Assembly (NCBI GenBank): GCA_951406725.2
Contig: OX597823.1
Coordinates: forward strand, 46,066,001 to 46,130,000
Reading direction: 5' to 3'
Length of the DNA: 64,000 nucleotides
Source: Octopus vulgaris
Taxonomy: Eukaryota
The translations under genes and the position numbers were made by a program. This document shows positions 39,133-52,560 of the stretch, in pieces (within the stretch, counting starts at the first letter, position 1; the number at the start of each line of letters is the position of its first letter). The notes beneath the pieces were generated by a model. It was not told the origin of the DNA, ran no database searches, and saw only the letters and a program-made list of their open reading frames with translations.

Positions 39133-39689
39133 CTATTGATAGGTGATGTTATAAGTTCTCTAATTTCTACAGACACTTTACCTTTATAAAAGTTTCAAAG
39201 ATGTATTAAGTGCATTACCTCAGACCAAGAACAGCATTTTCAATTCGCACTTTTCGTTGTAGCATCACTAATACGAAACGATATGATGGTGAAACGCAAT
39301 GGCGTTCAATGTTTTATACATATAGATATTAAATACTAATTACATGGTCATTTCATAATGGATGACTTTTTTGTTACTACCAAATGCATTTATGTATTAA
39401 CATTGCTCATTTTAGTTTAAATAAGTTATTAGAATTTAAAAAAATTTTCTATTATTCAGTTGATTCATTCTGATTACATTCTGAAAGACTGTACTTATAT
39501 CTTATTTTTACCTGTTTTACAAGTATTCATTTTTGTATGTAGCTTATCATTTTTATCATCCTAGTTTCGTTAGTAATCTTGTTGCATTAGTTTGATATTT
39601 TAATACTTTCCTTGTTAGATATTTTAAATAATGGAAGCATTCATCTACTGCTCTTAACCCAGATGGTTTTTGATGTTTGTAAAATATTC

Positions 39690-39842
39690 GTTTCAAATTT
39701 CGGCATAGCACCAGCAATTTTGGCGAAGCGAATAACTCGATTACATTGAACTTGTACTTATTTTATCGAGTCAACTTCGGCGGCATTTGAATTCAAAACG
39801 TAAGGACGGACGAAATACGGCGAAATATTTCGCCTGGCGTGC
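39690..39842 (-). mobile_element. SINE family B, decayed
   Basis: tttcaaatttcggcatag...gtacttattttatcga...cttcggcggcatttgaattc...atttcgcctggcgtgct. Confidence 0.7.
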
Positions 39843-40566
39843 TCGTTGCTTTTATGTAGGAAAATTTTTTTTAAAATAATAATATTGAATTAGAACTTAA
39901 TAGCTTTTCCTCGTTCATCGTACTGACCACGATATGAGCTATATCTTCCAAGTTCCAAATTCACAAAACCTGTACTTTTTAAATGTTCAAATATAGTTCA
40001 GTAGATGTTTATTTTTTAATGTGTTGGCAAGCATTTCGTAGCAGTTGCCAAACTAGAACTAATATGCGTATTATAACGATCTTGTGTGAATTTAGAAGTA
40101 TTCACATATGAAGTGTTTCTTATCGGCATTATCGCGACTGGAGTTAAATGAACCATGATGCGGGGTTTTAAAATAGTTCAGATCTGCCGTAAGTTCGATA
40201 TTTATGATGGAGTGTATTTAAAGTGTTCTTTCCTACTCAAAGACACAGATCATGTACCAAGAGCTCATTCTGAGAATGAGGAAAGATTTCATGTCAGGTG
40301 TGTGAGGAAGATAACTGAAGATAAGTGTATTAGTTTATCGATTTGCAGTGAAAAGAACTGTTAACATAGGAAAAAAGTAAATAAAGGTGAATTATACTCT
40401 GTTGAGTGGAGGATCACTAAAATAGTCTTCGTTATAGCAAACTCAAAACAGATACTAGAGTAAGTTCACATACACAGGGGTATGGCATTCATCGGAAGGT
40501 CATTGACAGATATTTTTAAAAATTGCTTTTTGAAATTAAAAGAACTAGAATAAATCAAGTTGAACA

Positions 40567-40943
40567 TATCTTTCATCTTGTTTCAGTCATTAGACTGCGA
40601 CCAAGCTGGGAAACCACCTTGAAGAATTTTTAGCCGAATGAATCGAGCCCAGTACATATTTTGTTAAGCGATACTTATTCTATTGATTCTGTTGATGAAG
40701 CGTTAGGTTACGGGGACCTAAACACGCCAACTCCGGTTGTCAAGCGGTGGAGGGGAAGAAACACGGACACAAAGACGCACACACACAGACACACATATAG
40801 GACGGCATATTTCAGTTTTCGTTAACTAAATCCACTCACAAGGCTTTGGTCAACCTAAGGCTATAGTAGAAGACATTTGCCCAAGGTGCCACGCATTGGG
40901 CTGATCAGGGAACCATGTGGTTAGAAAGTAAGCTTCTTACCAC
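40567..40943 (-). mobile_element. SINE family A, diverged full length
   Basis: ttgtttcagtcatt...ggttgtcaagcgg...aaatccactcacaaggctttggtc...tatagtagaagacatttgcccaaggtgccacgca...cttaccac. Confidence 0.85.
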
Positions 40944-41794
40944 TAGAAATATATATCAAGTCATAACATATGTTGTATATATATATACCATTTATATGTG
41001 CGCGTGAGCAAACACGGAGACATTAATCGATTTCTGCATTAATTATGTTTGTTGATACGTTATAGTATTTTTAATATGATTTAATCAGAGAATCAGAGGA
41101 AAACAGCAGTGCATTCCTTTATCAGGGCCTCTGAGACTTGTTGGACGAACTGGATGAACGAAACTAAGTTATCTTATGATTAGGCCCCAAATGTCAACTA
41201 CGCTGAATAGGTGGCGCTATTGATCCAATTGATAGATTACGGTTCAAGATCAGGAATTTTCGATAGTTTCATTAAGATGCTTCCCTTTAACTATTTTGGT
41301 ACATTGTCTTTTTTCATTTTCACTCCATTCTGTTTTTTTCTTTCAAATGTGTTGATTGTCAGCTTTAAAATACGAGATTTCCGTAACAATCCTTGTTATT
41401 TGAATCATGAGTTACGTGGAATAAGCTTATAAATCACATTGCGTTTGGTAACTTAAATAACTTTCTCGGCCAACATTTGGCCCAAGCCGTGTCTAACTTG
41501 ATAGCACTCCCTGAAATTTTGCTTTGATGAATGAGAACTGGTTGTAAAACTTATTCATAACTTTTTTTTATTTAATATGGTAGGTTACATTTTTTCTTTC
41601 CATTCCTCATTTCGTTTCATTCCTCACACCCCAGCGAACAATACACACAAAGAAAAAATTATTTAGAAAATAGTGTTGTTGCCTTGTCATAAAACTGAAG
41701 GATTTATATGGTATATTAATGGCTGGCATAATTTCATATCTTCAATGAATGCATTCATCATACACACAAAAGAGAATTAGTAATTAATATAAAC

Positions 41795-41935
41795 AAGGCG
41801 GTGAGCTAACAGAATCATTAGCAAGCCGGACTAAATGTTTAGCGGCATTTCGTTCGTTTTTACGTTGAGTTCATATTCCGACTTTGCCTTTCATCCCTTC
41901 GGGGTCGATAAAATAAGTACCAGTTGGGCAATGGG
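41795..41935 (+). mobile_element. SINE family B, 3'-truncated
   Basis: aaggcggtgagctaacagaatc...gactttgcctttcatcccttcggggtcgataaaataagtaccag. Confidence 0.8.
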
Positions 41936-42198
41936 TACTGAGTGGATATAGTTAGCATTCAGCCGTACAAGTTAGTTTGCAACGGATCTTTACTCCCTTT
42001 TCAAATAAACATACTTCAGAAGGTGAACGAATATATTCCAGCAGTGTATATCTAATAACATCCGTATATTCCACAGAACTCGGACAAACCTATACGTCAA
42101 TACAAAAGATTAGTATTTCATGCTATGTGGGCAAACGACAGTATCTACCAACTCATAAATAAATAATTTGATATCTACATACCGGAAAATTGAACTAT

Positions 42199-42415
42199 CT
42201 TTTATCCTTTATCTTTTACTAGTTTCAGACATCAGGCTGTAGCCATGTTGGGCGACTGTCTTGAAGAATCATTACCTGAATAAATCGACCGCAAGACCTA
42301 TTTTATTTAAAAGCTTGAAACTTATAAGATCGATTTCTTAGGGTGAACCACTAGGTTATGGGGACGTAAAAACGCCAACTCCAGTTGTCAGACGGTGTGG
42401 GAGACAATCACACAT
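42199..42415 (-). mobile_element. SINE family A tail fragment
   Basis: cttttactagtttcagac...ggttatggggacgtaaaaacgccaactccagttgtcag. Confidence 0.6.
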
Positions 42416-42429
42416 GAGCATTATACTAC

Positions 42430-42762
42430 GGCACTCCGTCGGTTACGACGACGAGGGTTCCAGTTGATTCGATCAACGGAACAGCCTGCTCGTGAAATTA
42501 ACGTGTTCTCGGGGAGATTCAGCGTGACACAGAGTGTGACAAGGCTGGCCCTTTGAAATACAGGCACAACAGAAACAGGAAAAAAGAGTGAGAGAAAGTT
42601 GTGGTGAAAGAGTACAGCAGGGTTCGTCACCCCACTACCGGAGCCTCGTGGAACTTTAGGTGTTCCCATTCAATAAACACTCACAACTCCCGGTCTGGGA
42701 ATCGAAACCGCTATCCTACGACCGCAAGTCCACTGCCCTAACCACTGGGTCGTTGCGCCTCC
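42430..42762 (-). mobile_element. SINE family C (head type 1, tail Y)
   Basis: ggcactccgtcggttacgacgacgagggttcc...ctgccctaaccactgggtcgttgcgcctcc. Confidence 0.9.
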
Positions 42763-43762
42763 ACGCGCATTATATATGTGTGTGTGTGTGTGTGTGTGTG
42801 CGTGTGTGTATGTATGACGGGCTTTTTCTGTTTTCAGTATATATACATTTTTGTGACGAACGACACACATAGAGACAGAGGTAGGCTTCAGGTGCGCGTT
42901 AATGTATGTGTGTGTGTCTTAGTTAATGTATGTAACTTTATCCCGCCCAACAGTGAAACGCGCCGATATTGAAAGTTTAGTTGTGACCTGGACTTTAAAC
43001 GAACAATAGCGTCCACTTTGAAGTACTATCAACATAAAGATTTGGCTGATTTAACATCACTCACAATACTTGCAAATATATCTTTCAATATAATTACAAA
43101 TAGGTTATTCCACTCCTTCTAACCAGTTTTAAGATAATGTTCTAACAGTTCTTGTATTCTTCATCACTGTGAGTATCAACGTCACACAACCTTTTTACTG
43201 TGTTAGTCAGTATTTATTTTACAGCCTATATCGTTACACAGTTCAAAAACATGTAGTAATGTCAAATTAATTTCTTGCTACATGCATTTTTCAGCAAATA
43301 TTTCAAATTAACGTTACAACAACAGCATCTTCCTTTCTATACACTTGATTCGGCGTTCGTTTCAAAATTCTAAAATAAATTATTTTTGTATGAAAAATTG
43401 AATTATGCTTTCTGAATTTTCTTGGACTTTCACTTTCTTCATCGTGATATTCAATCGTGAATGTTATAAAATTTAATACATGTTCCAAATAAATGTTGAA
43501 TTTCCGTACTTTCTTACATTAGTGACGCTTAGTAACTTTTGCTAAATTGCTGACTTACCAATTTTTTATAACGTAACTATGCTTCAGAAAGTATGTTTTG
43601 CACCTATATTGATTACATTTCGTTTCGCTTGAACTTCGTATGTGTACATTTGGCTGTTTTCAGTATTATCAATTCTATGGGTGCATTTATGCATTCTTTA
43701 CGTCTATAGCAAACAATAGTAAAGAACATTTACGATGTTTTAATGAGCTCACATCTAATGAA

Positions 43763-44193
43763 GTAGCCATCCTTACTTTCCACACACGCCTGGTTAATTT
43801 AATTCATCCTTAGTCGAAAGACACCTGTTATAAATCTCATATTGTTTGTATTTGTAATTATGTACCATTCCTCCTTTTTCGTCCCTATTTACGTATACAT
43901 TCGTTCGCTTTCTTCCAAGGAATCTAGTGTTCTTAGCTTAGATTTTCTTGAGGCCGGCCAAAATGGAGCAGTCTCGAGCGTAACCGGCCGAAACTGCAAG
44001 GATGACCTGGAATTCGACTGATGATAGAAAGCTTCGAATGACCCGTCCATATCTTTACCTGTCCTTTTTTGTATCGTCTAACTCTCCGGATGTTTTGTTG
44101 TCAGCTGTTACGTTCTTGTTTCATTTTCTGTTTTGTTTATATATACATACATATATATATATATATAGAAAGATATATAGATAAATAGATAGG

Positions 44194-44231
<38 letters not shown>

Positions 44232-44431
44232 CAAGGACATACATATCCATGTGTGTATATATATTCATATATGTATGCATATATACATATGTGTGTGTAT
44301 GTGTTTGTGTGTGTATTTTTTTCTTGAAAATATTGATACGCATGGTTTACGCGTCAACCAAATGAGCAGCGATTCTTTGTTTTGTAGCATATATTGATGA
44401 AAAGTAATAGATTTAATTATACCATAGCTAC
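43763..44431. mobile_element. Solo-LTR-like element with internal microsatellite
   Basis: Termini gtagccat...atagctac (short inverted repeat); flanked by 15-bp direct repeat gagctca(ca/tt)tctaat at 43745-43759 and 44432-44446. Confidence 0.5.
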
Positions 44432-46407
44432 GAGCTCATTTCTAATTGTATCTTATTTAGCTAGTCAGAGTTTGTAACAGGGTGAAGAATATGAGTTAGA
44501 ATTCTGTAAAATGAAAACAAAAAAGAAAAATATATTGACTGAAATAACGATTGCTTCTGTAGAGGGTCCAAATTGATAGGAATGCATGTGACATCATTCC
44601 ATTTATTCGAAGGCATTGAGGGCAATACATGAAAAGGTAAGAATAGCATTTCTAAAAGCTAAAAGTAAAAAAACAAAGAAAGAAAGAAAAGTGACTGCAA
44701 AATATTTCCCCAATGACTGCATCTTGTGCAGCTGAATAGAGATTAACGCAGTTTGAGTTTTTAAAAATCCTAGTTTTCGGTCTATACCTCAAATATTGAT
44801 ATGACTGTTACCTCCCCCACCAAACATCACTGCCACCCACAGAATCTCCACCAATACCGCCACCACCATTAGCACTACAAACGTCGTCATCGTCATCATC
44901 ATCATCAACATCGTCATCACCATCCTCCTCCTCCTCCTCCACCTCATCATCATCATCATCATCATCCTCTTTTAACCTCTTTTTTCCCCGTCGTATTGCC
45001 GTTCATGCTTATTGTGTTATTTGCATATTTCTTTAAACAATTGTTTCCGTATAAGTTCTTTCCTTGAACGTAAAATTTCTGACTGCCCATTCAGCCCGAT
45101 ACATACATACATACACACATACATACATACATACATACATACATACATACATACATACATACATACATACACACATACAGGTGGCTGTGTGTGACGGAAT
45201 GAATGTGTGTGTGTGTGTACGTACGCGCATGCGTATGTATGTGTACGTGTTTATATGTCCGTGCACATGCGCAGCAGTACTGTTTAGCTTGTAGAGATCT
45301 TCTATGTCGACTTCTGCTGCTCTAATTACTTAGTCATTTGTAAGCTAATTAAATAAGCCAGTCAGTCGTCAAGGTTTAAAATAATACTCATTTATCTTAA
45401 TATCAGAAAACCGAAAAACTTCGAGTAAAAACTCTGTAGATTCGACACATAAATGAGAGAAAGAGAAAGTAACAAACAATTATATTACATTATCGGCTTT
45501 CATGGTTGTATGAAGGAATTGCTGAAGCTCAACATTATCAAAGAATTTCGCTGTTAAATAGTTACTTCGAGATCTTTACAAAATTGAATACCACTTCTTT
45601 TGTAATTGTTGTTGTTGTTGTTGTTCTTCATGTTGCTGTTTGTATTACTATTCTTATTGTTTTTGTTTTTAATTTTTTTATTTTATTTATAATAGATGTT
45701 TAGTGGATTAACTCCACATCTTAAACAGAGTGTTCGATCGCATTAATAGCTCGGCAAAAGTTGAAGCAAAAGAGTTTGCCGTGGAATGTTGTGTTTACAA
45801 AAATGAATAAATAAAGAAATAAATAAATAAGGCGTTTGTGGTGGAAATTTTCCTTTCATATACCATCGACATTGAACACTTTCTATCTCTTGCAGATCAT
45901 CCTTTCCTTCCTATGTGGTTAAAGTCAAAATTATTTCTATGTGATAATCTATTCACAGCTACTCTCAACAGATTATCATACAGTTGCGATTGACTGATAT
46001 TTCTCAATGTCCTTCTGTGTCTCTACCTCATAGTTATCGCATTGTAAGACTCAACTCTTATATCCACATTCATTGCTCCTTATAGATAACTTTAACTATC
46101 TATCTCTACAGTATATTCCTGTTCATTGTGTCAATTATCTATATCTATATCGGTCACTTAGTCGCTTCTATGATACATTTATTTCTATAGTTGAATATAT
46201 CAGACTTGCTATTTCTGTTCCTCAGTACGATTGTTGTCTAAATTTACGTGGTTTTTTTTTATATCATCATACCTGAATTGTGCATACACTTATATTTCAA
46301 TTACATTCTCTCTGCAGTTCACATGTTTTCTCTCTCTCTCTCTCCCTCTCCCATTCACTCTCTGACTCACTGTTTCTGTATATAGGTGTGTATATACACG
46401 TACATAC

Positions 46408-46468
<61 letters not shown>

Positions 46469-46533
46469 CATCCATCCATCCATCCATCCATCCATCCATC
46501 CATCCACCCATCCATCCATCCATCCATCCATCC

Positions 46534-46588
<55 letters not shown>

Positions 46589-46637
46589 CATCCATCCATC
46601 CATCCATCCACCCATCCCTCCATCCATCCATCCATCC

Positions 46638-46696
<59 letters not shown>

Positions 46697-46749
46697 CATC
46701 CATCCATCCATCCATCCATCCACCCATCCCTCCATCCATCCATCCATCC

Positions 46750-46800
<51 letters not shown>

Positions 46801-46845
46801 CATCCATCCATCCATCCACCCATCCCTCCATCCATCCATCCATCC

Positions 46846-46908
<63 letters not shown>

Positions 46909-46957
46909 CATCCATCCATCCATCCACCCATCCCTCCATCCATCCATCCATCCATCC

Positions 46958-47005
<48 letters not shown>
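46408..47005. repeat. (TATC)n(CATC)n microsatellite with five higher-order units
   Basis: Variant CACC recurs at 46505, 46609, 46721, 46817 and 46925. Confidence 0.9.
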
Positions 47006-47013
<8 letters not shown>

Positions 47014-47303
47014 ATCTATCTGTCTGTTTATCTGTATGTCTGTTTTTCTGTCTGTATGTATGTATGCCTCTGTGTAGGTATGTATATTTAGGTATCTACG
47101 TGAATATTTGCTGGGTTCAGATTTTTCAGATTTCTACTATTTAAATATTAGTTTGTTTTCTCTTTGACTGTTCAGAGAATTTCCCCATATTCCTGTATTT
47201 ATGTTATCAGAAATTATTGAAATACATTAACTTGTCCAAACTTCCCTTTCAGTAGTTCAATCAGAACTTTACTGTGCTAAATGCTGTTTCTACTTTACTC
47301 TTC

Positions 47304-47575
47304 GGATCATTTCGCTTTGATCGGCAGATTTTTAAAATAATTTCCTTGACACATTACGGCAGAAATCGTTTTCACCTCAATAGACGTCATTGTTGGTTGA
47401 AATTGCCGAAATGCAAGAAATTAAAGACCAAATATCTTACAAACTACAGAATTTTCTCAAGAAAGTCAAGAGAAAAAGATGTTTTATAAACACATTCTAC
47501 CAGTATACGAAGTTTAAAAGTGTTTAGTTACAAAGAAATTATTTTAAAAATCTGCCGGTCAAAGCGAAAAGATCC
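47304..47575. mobile_element. MITE, probably Merlin superfamily
   Basis: ~41-bp TIRs ggatc(a/t)tttcgctttga(t/c)cggcagatttttaaaataatttc; perfect 8-bp TSD tactcttc (47296-47303, 47576-47583); GG termini plus 8-bp TSD fit Merlin. Confidence 0.85.
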
Positions 47576-48037
47576 TACTCTTCATCTATACTAGATTCTG
47601 CCTCTTTTATTTGTACCTGTCTCTCTCTCTCTTTCTCTTTCTTTCTTTATGTGTATACATGTGTGTGTGTCTGCTTGTCTGTCTGTCCTATTTGTGTCTG
47701 CGTGTCTACATGTTTTTGTGTGCGCGTGTTTTAGCAAACAGCCGTACAAAGCGATCAGTCAATTCCAGCGAATATAGTGATAACACACAGACTCAGGTCA
47801 CCGGAGACTAACAACTCGTGCATCTCGAGTAAGCTCTCGTACTGTTCAGAAGGCGCCGGATAGCCAGGCATGACCAGAACAACTTATTATTGCATGTGAA
47901 TTCCGATAATGGCGAGTGCCGCTGTGCATGTATTCATGTGGGATTAGTGTAGTTTCAATGGTGTTAATCTGGATGAGTTTACCTGTGACTATGCGTGAAT
48001 ATATATGCATATATATATATATATATATATAAAAAGA

Positions 48038-48312
48038 GCACTCCGTCGATTACGACGACGAGGGTCCCAGCTGATACGTTCAACGGAACAGCATGCTCGT
48101 GAAATTAACGTGCAAGAGCCTTCCACAGACATGTGTACCTTAACGTAGTTCGTAAGAAGATCTAGCGTGACACAGAGTGTGTCAAGGCTGAGCGGACTGG
48201 AGTGAACTGGAGCAACATGAAATAAAGTGTCTTGCTCAAGGACACAACGCGTAACCGGGAATCGAACTGACAACCTTACGATCATGAGCCCTAATCACTA
48301 AGCCACGCGCCC
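48038..48312 (-). mobile_element. SINE family C (head type 2, tail Y)
   Basis: gcactccgtcgattacgacgacgaggg...gtgtcttgctcaaggacacaac...cactaagccacgcgcc. Confidence 0.85.
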
Positions 48313-48332
48313 TCACATACACACACACACAC

Positions 48333-48434
<102 letters not shown>

Positions 48435-50284
48435 ACAAATGCATGTGTATGTATACTCAAATTGTATGTACTTTCATTCACCTCATGCCTGTGGAATCTC
48501 AAAAAGCATAAGAAAACAGATTATGATTTTGTTATTTTGTGTTATACACTACATACTTCTTGATGACCACAACGATGCCAAAATTCTGATCGTAAATCGA
48601 ACGAAATTGCAAGGAAAAAAAAAAGATGTCTGTGCTACTTGTCAAGGCTTATTCACTAGCACTGATAGTATGAAGCGGATTAATAATAATGACTACTACG
48701 AATATTCATATTTATTTTTCCTTCACTAATTATCGATTTTGTCAACTGTGAATCGATAATGCAGGATTGTTGATAATACATGAGTGATGTCTTTGTTACT
48801 GTACAGAACATTATAACATTATTGTATAGATATTGCTTGAAGAGTTTTCAAAACTAAATATCACACTTGGAAGAACAGCAACTAATTATGTTCACTTCTG
48901 TTTTATGGCATTTGCTATTTAATGTCACTTGCCTGAAAAACGTTATTCTTTTATAGCGATTGTAGCTCATTTGCCCAGAATAGATTAATCATTTAATCAC
49001 CTGCTTTATTTATAAACACATTTAATATTATCTCTCTTGAAGCTCGCAGAGCAAAAATACTTGGAACCCTTAGAATGACTGACGCATCTTCGAGCATCTT
49101 ATTGCAATTTATAAGGCGTATTAACTCTTTAACTGCATTATACGAACTATTTCCACGCATAAGAGGGTAACAGCAGTCTCATTGGCTGTAATCTTCTAAT
49201 ATTTGTGTTCAGCACCACCAAAAGAACACTTCTACAGAAGAAGTGCCAATCATTTTACGTCTTGAATTTATATCACAACTCTATCTTCTTTCGTTATAGG
49301 AGTTTTGTCTCTTCTATAAACCACTTTGTACTATAATAATTTTTTATTAGCATAGATGCTTTTAGAAATCGCAGCAATATTTGATGGAAAGTCACTAAGT
49401 ATAAGAAAGAAAAGCATAATTTAATTTCCTTTAAAAAGTTTTTAAGAATATATTACACTGCATAATACGATTTTTGTCCTTGGGCGGCAAATATTATTTT
49501 TTATTTGCTTACCCCTAAAAAGTATGAAAAATGGCAAATATTTCTTTCAAACTCCTTTTGTTACATTTATTCAAACCCTAAAGAATCTCTCTCAATACAT
49601 GGCTATGATGCTCCCCCACTACACCTGCTCATGATCAAAAATGCACACGTTGTCAGCCACTAAGGGACATGCCCAACTGGTTAAGGTTAAGCAACTGACA
49701 AGCAAATCTGCGGTACTAAGCAGAATGTTTGCCATAGCAATATTTCTGCTTCCGCAACGTAGCGTTGAATCTGTCTGTAATGGAAAATAGGTCAGTTTCA
49801 AAACATTGATGTCCAGTTCACGAAAGCAAATTTTGAAGTTCAATAGTAGTCGTTTCCTTTGATTTCTAGATAGTAGCAAATAGAAAACAACACTTACTAA
49901 CCAAACACAAAACAAAAATTATAATTTTGCTGCGCAATGTTATTTAAAAGATTAAATAATTTTCGAGATTTGAAAAGTTCTAGAATGGCGTTTCATTGAT
50001 TTTAACCCAATCAAAAACATTTCAACATTTTATAATTTTGCATCTTACATTCATATTACATATGAATCTTTCAGGGTGGCAACCATATATAAAAGAATCC
50101 TCTGTGTTATAATAACTAATTGATGAATAATTATTACTTAAACTATCAAATATTGTACATTGGAGAGCGATCATTATTTTGAAACGGTAATGGAAGACTG
50201 TGATGTTTTGAGATAATAAATGTTTACAGGTTGGAATTTTAATGGTTTCATTTAGTTGGGTGATCAAGAGCTTTGGGGTTTTGT

Positions 50285-50348
50285 TGCACTTTCACATATA
50301 TGCACTTTCACATATATGCACTTTCACATATATGCACTTTCACATATA
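50285..50348. repeat. 16-bp minisatellite x4
   Basis: (tgcactttcacatata)4, perfect. Confidence 0.95.
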
Positions 50349-50412
50349 TTGATATCACTATTGTATTGAATGCATTTTTATAAGACGTTTTATTTGGAAT
50401 CTTCTTATATTA

Positions 50413-50577
50413 CTTTCAAATTTTGGCACAGGTCAGCAATTTCTGGGAAAGGGTTAAGTCGATAAAATCGACCCCAAAGGTCAACTATTACTTATTTTAA
50501 CGACCCCGAAAGGAAGAAAAGCAAAGTCTTCTTCAGTGAATTTGAACTCAGAACGTAAAGACGGACGAAATACCGCC
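50413..50577 (-). mobile_element. SINE family B, diverged
   Basis: tttcaaattttggcacag...cgaccccgaaaggaagaaaagcaaagtc...gaatttgaactcagaacgtaaagacggacgaaatacc. Confidence 0.8.
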
Positions 50578-52109
50578 CTAGAATTCTCTTATATTAATCT
50601 CTATGAAGGATTGATCACCCATTTCCAAAGATGGAACAAATATTCGCTGTATAAATATTTGATTTTGTTCTGGGTTTTTAGAACAGTTATCGGTTATGAT
50701 ACTTTACTGTATTTGATAAGTGCTAACTTTTGCAGACGAAAATGAATTTGGAATCAAACAAGTAAAGAAACGTCAAGATCGATTTAATTCAAAATAGTGC
50801 TGTAATAATTTATTAGTTAGTGAAATGGTTTACCGTATTTGAAAATAGATGACATGTTAGTAAATTTTATATAACATACAAAACCCGCGATTAAATAAAA
50901 TGAATTTTTGAAGCAAACATTATTAGAAACATTCTGTTAAGGATATTGAAACCTAAATCACTTTCCACCAAATAGATGAAGCTGAAATTTGAAAATTCTT
51001 GAGATGAATTTTATCCGCAGGGACTAACAACATTAGAGTAGATGTGAAGTGATACAAATCTTTAAGACGAATGTTTCTAAAATTAATTTTGTTTTCACCA
51101 ATAAAGTTTTCATTTGGGGATTCAAAGACCCAAACTAAAGAATTTTATAGTAATAGCCAATTCACTAAGATATCCAAACAGATTTGAATTTAGTTATATA
51201 ACTAATTAAAGTAAATTTCAATTTTCTGAAGAGGTCTCTTTGGAGACATGTTTGTTTACAAAACTCTCAAAAAAATTAAAGTAATTTTTCGGCGACTTAT
51301 TTACTAGATTACTTAAAATTGTATATTAGAACACTGTGTATTTACAATATTTAGTGTCAATGCCCTAGTCGATATTGTTGTAGTTCTTATTGCAGTCGTT
51401 ATTCTTGTTATATCAACAATCTGTTTAATGAAATATATTTCAATGTACTCCTATTTTCCTCACAAGTTCAAATGTTACAGGTGTGTGCTTAGCACTAAGG
51501 CAATTATAACAGAGCCTGCTTGAGAAACTTTTTAATATCATTCCTGATTTGTTAACAACAAAAAGGACATTTTATAAATACTGTCTATTGGAAATATACA
51601 GTTCTATTTTTACCAATCGATTTGACAACGACCATTCGTGCCTTTCAGATGTAACCCTGTCAGTAGACAGAGTGTATTGATGGTTGATGCAATCGAAATG
51701 CGAACGGAAGATTCATATGTAGCTTGAAAAAAACCATAATAGTAATGAATCTCAGAAACTGTTGGTTCAGTTACTTTACATACCTCGATTGTTTTGCTTC
51801 TGCAGTTCTGTTAGCTCCATATATTTTGGAGCATTTTGCACGCGGGAAAGGTCATGTATCATTATAATACTCTGTAATTTCACTCTTTAATTTCTCAGTT
51901 ATTTTCGAAAATCCATAGAAACCATATTGAATAGGTCCTATATCAAATTAAGTTTCAATTGAAGACAAATATTTACAGTAGAGATAACAAGTTTTAGAAG
52001 AAAAATCTTAGCTGCATCCAATATTTAAGCTTGTGTAATTATTTTAATATCGTAATATGCTTATGAAATATTTCGTTCGAAATAGATCATTTCAGGGTAA
52101 AATTATGTG

Positions 52110-52560
52110 TTTCCCCATGCGATAGGATCAGTTGGGGCCTCAAGTTTGAATATATATTTGAGTGTGTATGCTGTCCGGTGGAAGTTGGCCTCGATGTCAA
52201 GCTTCAACGTGTCGTTGAGCCTTTGCGTCAAGATAAACTTGGGTTCAAGACTGAGGAGCGCAAATACATTGTGGGAGAAGGGTTCCGTGAGGTCTCTGAC
52301 AAGAAGTTTGGTGTTGTTGATTTGCGGGTGAAGAGCATAATGGTTGAGTTATTATATGAACATAAATCATAAGAAGTAAGAAGGTGTGCAGGAAGTATCT
52401 TACAGCTGCTCAAGAATAGAGGGCAGATTGTGCATCTTGTTCCAAACACACGGATGCTATCTATGTAGCAGTGATGTATACCATCATCGCAGTAGACAAA
52501 ATGAGGAATTGGAGCGGTTTATTCCATCGTCCGATGGTGAATGAGGTAAAACCTTGGCAG
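52110..52560 (-). mobile_element. Possible very old PLE RT remnant
   Basis: ILPAHLLTSYDLCSY resembles the PLE L.S.DV.SLY motif; downstream YIQT*G...MG resembles Y.Q..G..MG; weak. Confidence 0.25.

Noticed and set aside
44010-44050. CTGATGA...GAA hammerhead candidate
   Set aside because: GAAT instead of GAAA, only a 3-bp stem II and no stem I partner.
46280-47144. Longest ORFs in the track (265 and 252 aa)
   Set aside because: Almost entirely (TATC)/(CATC) repeat read-through.
50285-50348. Short repeat array as CRISPR or iteron
   Set aside because: Pure tandem 16-mer with no spacers.
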